Origin: Clostridia bacterium
GTDB taxonomy: Bacteria; Bacillota; Clostridia; Christensenellales; UMGS416
Reading direction: 5' to 3'
DNA: 64,000 bases
NCBI GenBank assembly: GCA_016938675.1
Contig: JAFGUF010000045.1
Coordinates: forward strand, 14,450 to 78,449
In this document: positions 8,160 to 16,741 of the stretch, piece by piece
Position numbering within the stretch: position 1 is the first letter of the stretch
Layout: each line of letters starts with the position of its first letter
Notes under the pieces: generated by a model
Told to the model about the DNA's origin: nothing
The model's database searches: none
Seen by the model: only the letters and a program-made list of their open reading frames with translations
Made by a program: the position numbers and the translations under genes

Positions 8160-9065
8160 TTATACCCCCCATCCTAGAAATACTACCATCAGAGCCTGAA
8201 CTATGGCCAGTGTAATTGGCACCTTATAGTAGAATTTGATTACTTGATCAATCTTGAATCTCGCCAGAGCGTTCGATATAAGGCTGGCTAAGATATATAC
8301 TACAAAGTATTTAGCAATAAAGCCAAATAGTGTTGTCGCGCCGCCCAAAAACAGAGTTACAAATAACGTAACTTCTATAAATGTAGCGAATTCGTGCATT
8401 ATCATAAGCATTCCCAGCTGCTTGCCGCCATATTCAACCATTGGGCCTGAGGCAATCTCCGCAGGAGCTATAAATGTCTCAAACGGCTTTTTGCCTAGCA
8501 TTCCAAGCAGCGAGATATAGGCAACTACTGTACCAATAGGCATCTTTACTAAGTTCCAAGTCATGATGCCTGATGCCTGCTGTATGGCAGCCAGCTCTGA
8601 AAGAGAACTCGTATTATGGCCGAATATTATTCCTAGGATAACTATCATAAATGGCACTTCATAGCCTACCATCTGTGTCAGGGCGCGCATAACGCCGATT
8701 CCCGCAAGAGGATTTCCTGATCCTACGGAGCTCATTGCCATGCCCAGCATTCCTACTGCCAGCAGATAAACAAAGATAAAGAAGTTGTCCATTCCGGGGA
8801 ATGCCGAGTAGCCTACTACCGGCAGGAACATAACTGTTGCCATAATGCCGCCTAATGCCATCATTACGCCAAAGTCAAATACCCATCCGTGAGTTACACC
8901 TGTTTTGCTTAATGCCTTGAAGATATCTCTGAATTGCTGGTACCATTTTGGCCCAATCCTCTTTTGGAATCTTCCGACAATTTTTCTGTTTATTCCGTCA
9001 AGTGATGTCTGCCACACAAAGGCAAACAACAATATCCCGAATCCTGTTAATATCCCTGTAATCAT
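8160..9065 (-). CDS. NuoH / HyfC / MbhM-like membrane subunit
   Basis: It is polytopic. NRKIVGRFQKRIGPKWYQ matches the NuoH ER..g..Q.R.GP signature. The start at 9065 forms an ATGA overlap with the upstream stop, so the tracked ORF is 12 codons too long. Confidence 0.85.
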   Translation of the reverse strand: MITGILTGFGILLFAFVWQTSLDGINRKIVGRFQKRIGPKWYQQFRDIFKALSKTGVTHGWVFDFGVMMALGGIMATVMFLPVVGYSAFPGMDNFFIFVYLLAVGMLGMAMSSVGSGNPLAGIGVMRALTQMVGYEVPFMIVILGIIFGHNTSSLSELAAIQQASGIMTWNLVKMPIGTVVAYISLLGMLGKKPFETFIAPAEIASGPMVEYGGKQLGMLMIMHEFATFIEVTLFVTLFLGGATTLFGFIAKYFVVYILASLISNALARFKIDQVIKFYYKVPITLAIVQALMVVFLGWGV

Positions 9066-10909
9066 AAGCTGCCTCCCCACAATAGAGCTATTACCGCGCA
9101 AACCATCCAGAACACTATAATCCGCGGCTTATTGTTGAAGAATGTGTAGCTTACCAATTGTCCTGCTTCCTCAATCTTCTTTATAAGCGCTGCGTACCAC
9201 TTTTCTGTTGAAGGAGCATTCTCATACAGCCTTTCAAACGGAGCGTAGAAAGCATATGAGTAATGCAGAAGTTCCGGGGTGTATATAAACTCTGAAGCTG
9301 TGTATGTGTCCATCAAGTCTACTTTTCTTGATTTCGGATGGATTATGAAAATTATCAAAGCGATAAAGAAACCTATTCCGAAGATCAATGAAACCAATGA
9401 AGGGTTGAGTTGTCCGTTAGTTCCCGATATTACGAGCCCGTTAAGTGTAAGTCCGTCAAGCCCTGCTGTCTTTAATATATCACTGATGAATCTAAGCACT
9501 ATATTAGGGAATACTCCGAATAATAATGTCAGCAGAGAAAGGCCTATCATCGGCACCTGCATAAGGAACGGAGCTTCCTTCACGCTTTCATGCTTCGGCG
9601 AAAGCTGACCCAAAAATACTGCGCTCAAAGGCCTGAATACATAAAGGAACGAACCAATGCTTCCGAAGAATGCTGCAGCTGCAGTAAATACCATTCCCTT
9701 TCCTATCATTGACTGAAAGAGCATCCACTTGGATATAAACCCGCTCATTGGCGGAATGCCTGCCATTGATATGATTGCTATCAGGTAGACAAGGTATGTG
9801 AGGGGCATTCTGTGAATAAGTCCGCCCAGCTCGCTCATCTTGGTTGTTCCTGTTCTGTGCACCACAGCAGCTGCTGACAAAAACGCCGCTGCCGAAGCCA
9901 GAGCGTGAGCGAACATATGCATAAACGCTCCGCCTACGCTTAGTGAGTCAGCAATCGCTATTCCTATTATTATGTATCCGCCGTTTGCAACGGATGAATA
10001 GGCAATCAGTTTTTTAAAGTCTTCTGATTTTATGGCCATCAGTGTTCCTACTACTATACTTACAGCTCCCAGGAACACCAGAATATAGTTAGGTACAGGC
10101 ATTGCAAGCTCTCTGCCTAAAAACAGCGCATTAGAAGCAAACACCTTATAGGAGGGCATCACTATTACTGCAAGAAATGCCGCGAATCCGCCTGCCTTTA
10201 CCAATCCGCCTGAAAGTATCGGCGAGAATGTATCCGGAGCGTTGCCGTGCGCTTTAGGAAGCCACAGATGGAACGGAAATACGCCTATTTTCACAAGCCC
10301 CGCTATACCTATTGTTATGAACGCTACCAGCGCATATGTCGTGTTCATTGACGCCTGCTCAAGAACATACTGAATATCAAATGAACCTGTCTTTGAGTAA
10401 AGATACAGTATGCCAAAGAGCATGCTTAACGATCCGAATGCACTGAACGCGTAGTAGACAACGGATGCATTTCTGGATTTTCCGAATGGGATAATAAACA
10501 TTGAAGCCCACACTATTGTTTCCCAGAAAATGAACAGTCCAATAAAGTCCTTCGCTGTAAAAGCGCCTACCGTGCCTGCCAGTGCAACCAGGTAGAGAAA
10601 GTTATATGCCGCCGGATGAATAATCTTCTTCATCCAATACAGATTGAAAAATGACACGCTGAAAAATATAAGCAGCATCAGAACGGAGAAAAACCATCCG
10701 TAGTCTGTAAGCTTAAAGCCTAGAGCCCCAAGGCTCTGTACGCTGTTTATATCGCCTTTAAGCATAAGCATCGCAGCCAGAGCGGCGCCGGAGCCTAATA
10801 CTGTAATCAGTGCGCCCAGAATTTTATTTGCCTTAGTTAGCAAATATGCCAGCACAGCAGCCGCAAACAGGCCAACTACTATTGCCGGAACGCTTAAAAT
10901 AAAATCCAT
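9062..10909 (-). CDS. MrpA/MrpD / NuoL-type antiporter-like subunit (second copy, MbxH'-like)
   Basis: 615 aa and polytopic. It carries the proton-antiporter signature FHLWLPKAHGNAPDTFSPILSGGLVKAG. Confidence 0.85.
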   Translation of the reverse strand: MDFILSVPAIVVGLFAAAVLAYLLTKANKILGALITVLGSGAALAAMLMLKGDINSVQSLGALGFKLTDYGWFFSVLMLLIFFSVSFFNLYWMKKIIHPAAYNFLYLVALAGTVGAFTAKDFIGLFIFWETIVWASMFIIPFGKSRNASVVYYAFSAFGSLSMLFGILYLYSKTGSFDIQYVLEQASMNTTYALVAFITIGIAGLVKIGVFPFHLWLPKAHGNAPDTFSPILSGGLVKAGGFAAFLAVIVMPSYKVFASNALFLGRELAMPVPNYILVFLGAVSIVVGTLMAIKSEDFKKLIAYSSVANGGYIIIGIAIADSLSVGGAFMHMFAHALASAAAFLSAAAVVHRTGTTKMSELGGLIHRMPLTYLVYLIAIISMAGIPPMSGFISKWMLFQSMIGKGMVFTAAAAFFGSIGSFLYVFRPLSAVFLGQLSPKHESVKEAPFLMQVPMIGLSLLTLLFGVFPNIVLRFISDILKTAGLDGLTLNGLVISGTNGQLNPSLVSLIFGIGFFIALIIFIIHPKSRKVDLMDTYTASEFIYTPELLHYSYAFYAPFERLYENAPSTEKWYAALIKKIEEAGQLVSYTFFNNKPRIIVFWMVCAVIALLWGGSL

Positions 10910-12355
10910 TTAAACACCTCCTAAGCCGTCTGTCAGAAATGATAATATATCAAAGTTAAACCAATCGTTCATCTGAAGCAGAGGCAGAATACCTGCTGCT
11001 ACTATGGCAATTGCCGCAATAGTAATTATGATTGTAAGCCTTACCTTATTAGTAAGCTTATATTGCTTTGCGTCCTCTGCCTTTGCTAGTTCGCCCTCTT
11101 CACCTGTGTTCCAGAGAGTTGTGAGCATCCTTACCACATATGCTCCCTCTATTACGCTAACAATTAATATAACCATTGGAAGCCATATATTGTTTGCTTC
11201 GAAAAGCGAAACCAGAACATTAGCTTTTGCTATAAATCCGAAAAACAAAGGAAGGCCTATAAGTGACATGGCAGCCGCTGTGAAGCCGAAGCCCAGCACT
11301 TTGTTTTTAAGAAATACTCCTTTTAGATCCTCCAGCTTGTCTGTTCCGTTGTCTTCACCTATCTTAGCAGCCAATGTAAAGAGAATCATCTTTGATATTA
11401 CGTTGTTTATTAATACCAGCAGTGCAGCGGATTTTAGCCCCTGAAGGAAAAGCGCAACAACCAGCCCTGACTGAGCTATGCTTGAAAATAAAAGTATTTC
11501 CCTTAGGTTTTTCTTTGAAAATGCCGCTATCTCCGCCAATATCAATGTGCCTACTGTAACCACCGTAAAGACAATCAGCAGAGAGTCACTCATAACAAAC
11601 AGCGAATCTATAAGCCTGCCGAAAGCAAGAAGCACTGCTGCTGAAAATGCGGAAACAATAAGTGTTCCTACAAGAGAATTCGAATCCTTAAGGACTCCTC
11701 TTGCCCATCCGCTGAAAGGCAGAAGCTTCGCCTCAACTGACAGACCTGTAAAAATCAATGCCAGAGGAAGAACCAGCGCACCGGCCACAGGATAAGAAAT
11801 AATTGCCATCCTGTTCTGAATGTCCATTATGTTAAGTGAACCGAACATATTGTATATTACCGCTATGCCGAAAAGCAGAAGACCTGAGCCCAATGTTCCC
11901 AGCACAAGATAATTGAATGTATACTTGATGTTTTTGTTCATTGTAGTCAGGATATAGGCCGCTATAGCGGATATCTCCATAAACACAAACAAATTAAATA
12001 AGTCGCCTGTTAATATGACTCCGTTAAGCGCTGCCAGCGCTACTGACAAAACCACTTCATACTTTTTGATGTACTTGCATGCCATTATTGCAATGAGTGC
12101 AAATACTACATTAAGAAGAAGTATTCCCAGCAATGAATATTCATCCAGCACCAGGCTGATGCCATATGGCGGCTTGAATCCGCCTATTTCATATATAACA
12201 GGAGATACGTAGTCATAGGCTAGTATGCCGCTTGCCGCAAGGTTAAATCCTATTGCAGCACCCAGAAAATACTTGCCGAGTTTTTTAACCAGCACTGATA
12301 AAAACGCTGCGCCTAATGGTACGGCTATTAATAATATAATAAAGCTTGTATTCAT
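10910..12355 (-). CDS. MrpD / NuoN-type antiporter-like subunit (MbxH-like)
   Basis: Polytopic. The start MNTSFIILLIAVPLG at 12355 lies one nt after the MrpC stop. It is a divergent antiporter-like core (EAKLLPFSGWARGV...). Confidence 0.8.
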   Translation of the reverse strand: MNTSFIILLIAVPLGAAFLSVLVKKLGKYFLGAAIGFNLAASGILAYDYVSPVIYEIGGFKPPYGISLVLDEYSLLGILLLNVVFALIAIMACKYIKKYEVVLSVALAALNGVILTGDLFNLFVFMEISAIAAYILTTMNKNIKYTFNYLVLGTLGSGLLLFGIAVIYNMFGSLNIMDIQNRMAIISYPVAGALVLPLALIFTGLSVEAKLLPFSGWARGVLKDSNSLVGTLIVSAFSAAVLLAFGRLIDSLFVMSDSLLIVFTVVTVGTLILAEIAAFSKKNLREILLFSSIAQSGLVVALFLQGLKSAALLVLINNVISKMILFTLAAKIGEDNGTDKLEDLKGVFLKNKVLGFGFTAAAMSLIGLPLFFGFIAKANVLVSLFEANNIWLPMVILIVSVIEGAYVVRMLTTLWNTGEEGELAKAEDAKQYKLTNKVRLTIIITIAAIAIVAAGILPLLQMNDWFNFDILSFLTDGLGGV

Positions 12356-12356
12356 A

Positions 12357-12692
12357 TTATTTACCTCCCATTTCGTCCATGTCGTATGTTCCGTACTTAT
12401 CATGCATCTTCTTAGCCAATGCAAGAGCCAAAGCTGTCACGCCGACGCCGATTACAATAGATGTAAGCACGAGAGCATGGGGAAGCGGGTCAACATAGAG
12501 CATGGCTGATGATTCGTTATTTGATGTAAGAATAGGCACAAGCCCGTCCTTAACAAATCCTATTGATACAATGAAAAGATTTAATCCTATTTCGAATATG
12601 TTAAGTGCCGCAATCAGCTTAATTACATTTCTCTGGCTTAATAGGCCGTATATGCCTACCAGCATCAGAACGATAGAGAAATATTGTATCAT
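12357..12692 (-). CDS. MrpC / NuoK-like subunit
   Basis: 111 aa with three TM helices. GIYGLLSQRNVIKLIAALNIFEIGLNLF is typical of MnhC/NuoK. Confidence 0.85.
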   Translation of the reverse strand: MIQYFSIVLMLVGIYGLLSQRNVIKLIAALNIFEIGLNLFIVSIGFVKDGLVPILTSNNESSAMLYVDPLPHALVLTSIVIGVGVTALALALAKKMHDKYGTYDMDEMGGK

Positions 12693-13444
12693 CCTTCCAC
12701 CTCCTCTGTAAGAAAGCCGTCAATTACTGATGAGAGCTCACTACCTACTTTAAGTCCGATAAGCATATAGACTATTGGAATAACACCTGAGCTGATAACT
12801 TCGCCGACTGTACCTGTAGGAAGGAAGTTTTGCAGGAAGTATCCCGCAAGCACAATTCCCAAAAGTCCTACAATTACGTATAGACTTCCTGCTGTGCTCT
12901 CTACTGCCTTAGCAGCTGAAAGCTTAACCCTGAATTCATCATCAGATAAATACAAAAGCAGTATTGAAGCCGCGATTATGGCTCCGCCGGGGAAGCCACC
13001 GCCGGGAGTTATGTGCCCGTGTATAAACATATAAACGCCGAAAACTACCATTATACCGAAGATTATCCTTGCACCCTGCTTCAAAATGAAGTTAGGTGCG
13101 TCTTTCAGGTTCTTTCTTTTTCTCTTTCCATTCAGCAGCAGGCCAACACCCAGTGCGGAAACGAAAAGCACAGTAACCTCGCCTAATGTATCAAACGACC
13201 TATAGTTAACAACAACCGATGTAACCATATTTGCAGAGCCGGACTCAGCATTTTGTGTCTCTCCGAATATAATTTCTTCAGTATTGCCGTTTACGCTTTT
13301 ATCAATATACTTTTCGGATACTCTGTCATCTAGGTTTACATTTCCGTATTCATTAAACTTCAATGTTTCATCTGAAAAATAGAGTGCTGAAAAAATAAGA
13401 ATTCCTATGGCAGCAACCAATAAAATAGAAACTATCTGCTTCAT
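12689..13444 (-). CDS. MrpB (MnhB-domain) subunit with N-terminal extension
   Basis: It carries the VVNYRSFDTLGEVTVLF MnhB signature. An ATGA overlap is present at both ends. Confidence 0.8.
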   Translation of the reverse strand: MKQIVSILLVAAIGILIFSALYFSDETLKFNEYGNVNLDDRVSEKYIDKSVNGNTEEIIFGETQNAESGSANMVTSVVVNYRSFDTLGEVTVLFVSALGVGLLLNGKRKRKNLKDAPNFILKQGARIIFGIMVVFGVYMFIHGHITPGGGFPGGAIIAASILLLYLSDDEFRVKLSAAKAVESTAGSLYVIVGLLGIVLAGYFLQNFLPTGTVGEVISSGVIPIVYMLIGLKVGSELSSVIDGFLTEEVEG

Positions 13445-13695
13445 GCCTTGCCACCTGCTTTCTTACCTGCGAAGAGAGTGAACACAAAAAGTGCAGTTAC
13501 AAGCCCTGAGCCTATTACAGCCTCGGTTATCGCAACATCAGGAGCTCTCATAATTACAAAGCATACAACAGCAAGCATACTCATCATTGAAAGATAAATA
13601 ACCGTATTGAAAAGCTTCTTAGCATTTAATGCCAATACGCCAAGCACTACCATCAGGCTGCCTGCAACGATTGAAATAATATCTAGTACTGTCAT
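13441..13695 (-). CDS. DUF4040 / MrpA-C-terminal / MbhD-like small membrane subunit
   Basis: 84 aa with three TM helices. It carries the RAPDVAITEAVIGSG signature. Confidence 0.7.
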   Translation of the reverse strand: MTVLDIISIVAGSLMVVLGVLALNAKKLFNTVIYLSMMSMLAVVCFVIMRAPDVAITEAVIGSGLVTALFVFTLFAGKKAGGKA

Positions 13696-14003
13696 TTCAC
13701 TTCACTCCTTTCTTCGCCTTCTTTTTTGTATTGATATGCGCCTTTTTTGTAAGCTGCCCTTGCAAGCACTGATGAGCCTACAGGGTTTGTTATGGCGATA
13801 AAGACGATAATCAAAATCAGCTTAAGCAGCCATTGGGGGTGAACAAAGCCAACACCTAAAATCAATGAGAATGCTCCCAGTGTTGTCGCCTTGGTTCCTG
13901 CCTGTATACGGTTGAATACGTCGGGCATTCTCAGCACGCCGAATCCACCAAGCAGCAGGAAAACCCCGCCTATAACCATCAAAATATTTCCTGCTATAAT
14001 CAT
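13692..14003 (-). CDS. MrpG-like subunit
   Basis: FGVLRMPDVFNRIQAGTKATTLG matches the MnhG signature. Confidence 0.75.
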   Translation of the reverse strand: MIIAGNILMVIGGVFLLLGGFGVLRMPDVFNRIQAGTKATTLGAFSLILGVGFVHPQWLLKLILIIVFIAITNPVGSSVLARAAYKKGAYQYKKEGEERSEVK

Positions 14004-14251
14004 TGTTTCCCCTCCAAAAATCTGGCGAATACAACAGTTTCAAGGAAAGAAAGTATCGCATAAGCCAAAGCTATATCCAGATACAGGCTGCTTTCCAAAA
14101 CCAGAGCAATCATAACTATTGCCGCCGTAATAATAATGTTGAGGGTATCCAGGCCAACCACTCTGTCAAAAGATGAAGGCCCAGCAATCAGCCTGATAAG
14201 AGCAAAGAGAACGCCTAAACCGATAAGAGAAAAAACTATAATATTAATCAC
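14000..14251 (-). CDS. MrpF-like subunit
   Basis: IRLIAGPSSFDRVVGLDTLN matches the MnhF signature. Confidence 0.75.
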   Translation of the reverse strand: MINIIVFSLIGLGVLFALIRLIAGPSSFDRVVGLDTLNIIITAAIVMIALVLESSLYLDIALAYAILSFLETVVFARFLEGKQ

Positions 14252-14733
14252 TTTATAATCCCTCCTAATATCTTATCAAAGTCCTTGGATATTTCCTTCT
14301 TGTACTCTTCTTCAGTGCTTCCTTTTACGTTTACCCAGTGTACCAATACATGTCCGTCCTCAACATCCAGAGAGAGTGTTCCCGGAGTCAGAGTGATGGA
14401 ATTGGCCAGTACTAATTTTCCGAAATCATTTTTGATTTCCGTCGGCACTTTCACAATGCCCGGATTGATAGGCATTTTCGGGCTTAGTACCCGGTATGCC
14501 ATGTCCAGATTGGCAATTACAAGCTTATAGATAAATACAGGTATGTATACAAATACAAACTTTAATGCTCCTAATACTATTGAAAAGCCGAAGGAATAGT
14601 TGACATACTTGGATACAATAAAAGCAAGGATTAAAGCAACTGCACCACCAAGGATAATCTCAGTTACATTGAATCCGGCAATCAGTATCCATATTGCCCA
14701 TAGAGCTAAAAATGTCGATATGCCTTTTTTCAT
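14248..14733 (-). CDS. MrpE-like subunit
   Basis: It carries the LANSITLTPGTLSLDVE MnhE signature. The start MKKGIS at 14733 is preceded by the RBS aaggaagggga. Confidence 0.75.
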   Translation of the reverse strand: MKKGISTFLALWAIWILIAGFNVTEIILGGAVALILAFIVSKYVNYSFGFSIVLGALKFVFVYIPVFIYKLVIANLDMAYRVLSPKMPINPGIVKVPTEIKNDFGKLVLANSITLTPGTLSLDVEDGHVLVHWVNVKGSTEEEYKKEISKDFDKILGGIIK

Positions 14734-14794
14734 ATGATCCCCTTCCTTTAAAATAAAATGATGTAATAAGTTCATTATTTTCCGGCGGATAAAA

Positions 14795-15091
14795 TCAATC
14801 TACCAGAACATTAACGATTTTTATTATGCGTTCATTAACCACATAATAGTTTACTTCCAATCCGCTTCTTCTGGCGTCCACAATGCCCGCTGTTCGCAGC
14901 TTAGCAAGGTGCTGAGATATGGTAGACTGCGGAAGATCCAGACAGCTTTGGATTTTGGTCACATTGCATCCTGGTTCATTTATCAGACCGTTTACAATGC
15001 AGAGCCTGATAGGATGGGCAATAGCTTTTAGCATCTCTGCCTTTTCCGTCATCTGCTCTAGTTTTTCCTTTGCGTTAATTATAGTTATCAC
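14795..15091 (-). CDS. ArsR/SmtB-family transcriptional regulator
   Basis: The winged helix-turn-helix reads AIAHPIRLCIVNGL...QSTISQHLAKLRTAGIV. Cys residues are at 31, 42 and 50, with no canonical CVC metal site. The start is ambiguous: either the GTG at 15091, which sits inside a gaggtg string, or the ATG at 15052. Confidence 0.85.
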   Translation of the reverse strand: MITIINAKEKLEQMTEKAEMLKAIAHPIRLCIVNGLINEPGCNVTKIQSCLDLPQSTISQHLAKLRTAGIVDARRSGLEVNYYVVNERIIKIVNVLVD

Positions 15092-15106
15092 CTCGCAAAC
15101 ATAATT

Positions 15107-15120
15107 GTTAAATATTTAAC
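15107..15120. promoter_or_regulatory. Perfect 14-bp palindrome in the arsR-like leader
   Basis: GTTAAATATTTAAC equals its own reverse complement. It lies 16 nt upstream of the GTG at 15091. AT-rich palindromes can arise by chance. Confidence 0.3.
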
Positions 15121-15150
15121 GATTTCGAACGTAGAAAAAACGAAAAGTCG

Positions 15151-15176
15151 TATCGTTATATCTATATATTACGATA
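15151..15176. promoter_or_regulatory. 26-bp imperfect palindrome, candidate ArsR-type operator overlapping the -10
   Basis: In tatcgttatatctatatattacgata, 22 of 26 positions are self-complementary. The outer arms TATCGT/ACGATA are perfect. It overlaps the -10 hexamer at 15166-15171. Confidence 0.45.
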
Positions 15177-15194
15177 TAGCGGTTTAAAAGTCAA
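15166..15194 (-). promoter_or_regulatory. SigmaA-type promoter for the ArsR-like gene and probably the whole Mrp/Nuo-like operon
   Basis: Minus strand reads TTGACT, then a 17-nt spacer, then TAATAT. No hairpin terminator is seen between the regulator and the MrpE-like gene. Confidence 0.55.
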
Positions 15195-15388
15195 TATGCA
15201 TACACCATTCCTTTATTAATAACGAAAAACATACATCAATTTAATATAAATAAAAAAAAGAATTGCCCTTATCTTCTTTGCAGACGGCGAGCCTCCGCTC
15301 ACGGCAAACACGCTCTAATAAATCTATTCACAAAGTGAAAAATGTGATATTATCTGTACTATAATCAAACTTAAACAGGAGGTATTAT

Positions 15389-16741
15389 ATGCAGCAAAGC
15401 TTATCCACCGGGCGCAAGGCACTATATGGTGCGGGGGATATAATGGGCACATTGGCATTCACAGTAACAGCACTTTTTCTTCCATATTTTTTCACCGATG
15501 TGCTTGGCCTACCCTCCGTACTTGCAGGCCTTGTAATCTTCATAGGCAATTTCTGGGATGCGCTTACGGATCCCTTCGCAGGGCATATTTCCGACAGAAC
15601 TAAATCCCGTTTGGGCAGGAGAAGGCCGTATTTCCTCTATATGGCTCTTCCTATCGGGCTGACTTTTGTTTTGCTTTTTGCCGTTCCATCAGGCATGGCC
15701 ACATCGGCTACATTTATCCTTACATCCATTGCATACATTGCCTTTATGACAAGCACTACTTTCTATCTGGTGCCGTATCTCGCATTCGGAATGGAGATTG
15801 AAAAGAGCTATGACGGGCGTACATCATTAATAGCCTGGCGCATGCTTTTTTCCATAGGCTTCGGCTTGGTCGGCGCGGTAGTACCGAAAATTATTTGGGA
15901 GGCAGCAGAAACACCTTCAAAAGGCTTCCTCATAATGGCGGTAATGCTGGCTATTCCGGTCACAATATCTACGCTGTTTCCTTTCTTCGCGGCAAAGGAA
16001 CAGAAGTCAGAAAGCCTGCACGAAAGCCACTTTTTCAATGACTTTAAAAAGGCTCTTAAGAGCAGGTCATTTTTAAAGGGTGTAATAATCTACGTTGCAA
16101 CCTGGGCGGGGATCGGAGTGGTGCAGACACTGCTAATCTACTATTTTAAGTATGTGCTTTGCATTCCGGAGCAGTTCGAGCTTTTAATAGGCGTTCTTTT
16201 CGGGGTTACTATTGTCGCGCTTCCTTTGTGGGTATTCTTAAGCGGACGGCTGGACAAAAGAAAAGCATATGTCATTGGCGCTGTTGTTTTTATACTGGGC
16301 CTTGCGGCACTTCTGATGCCTACTCATATTATACTAAAGCTTATATGGTTTGTTATTCCTGTTCTTGGAATAGGCCTTTCCGCTCTGCATGTGATGCCCA
16401 ACGCTATACTTCCCGAAGCCATCGAAGCCGCCTCCGAAGGAAAAAGCGGCGAAGGAGCACATTACGGAATAGTAACCTTTATATACAAAATGAGCAACGC
16501 TCTCATGCAGCTGGGCGTTCTTGGAATACTCGGTGCGGTCGGATATATTGAAACCACTCAGGAATCCGCGGTTGTGCAGCCTGCGTCGGCTATATTGGCT
16601 ATAAAGATGCTCCTGGTTGTTGTTCCTATAGGTATGCTGATACTTGGAATTATAATGGCTTTCGCTTTTAAAATAGGCAGGCACGGGGAAATAGCAAAGC
16701 AACCAGCACGAATAACCAAGGAGGCTGCAAATGAGCATTGA
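15389..16741 (+). CDS. GPH-family (MelB-like) glycoside/pentoside/hexuronide:cation symporter
   Basis: 12-TM profile. It carries the GPH signature DALTDPFAGHISDRTKSRLGRRRPY. A strong RBS (aacaggaggt) precedes the ATG. Confidence 0.85.
   Translation: MQQSLSTGRKALYGAGDIMGTLAFTVTALFLPYFFTDVLGLPSVLAGLVIFIGNFWDALTDPFAGHISDRTKSRLGRRRPYFLYMALPIGLTFVLLFAVPSGMATSATFILTSIAYIAFMTSTTFYLVPYLAFGMEIEKSYDGRTSLIAWRMLFSIGFGLVGAVVPKIIWEAAETPSKGFLIMAVMLAIPVTISTLFPFFAAKEQKSESLHESHFFNDFKKALKSRSFLKGVIIYVATWAGIGVVQTLLIYYFKYVLCIPEQFELLIGVLFGVTIVALPLWVFLSGRLDKRKAYVIGAVVFILGLAALLMPTHIILKLIWFVIPVLGIGLSALHVMPNAILPEAIEAASEGKSGEGAHYGIVTFIYKMSNALMQLGVLGILGAVGYIETTQESAVVQPASAILAIKMLLVVVPIGMLILGIIMAFAFKIGRHGEIAKQPARITKEAANEH

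Noticed and set aside
4135-14733. Calling the cluster NADH:quinone oxidoreductase (complex I) or a plain Mrp Na+/H+ antiporter
   Set aside because: No NuoA, J, E, F or G homologs are present. The Mrp subunits are fused into one operon with NuoB/C/D/H/I homologs by overlapping stop/start codons, so neither annotation alone explains the locus.
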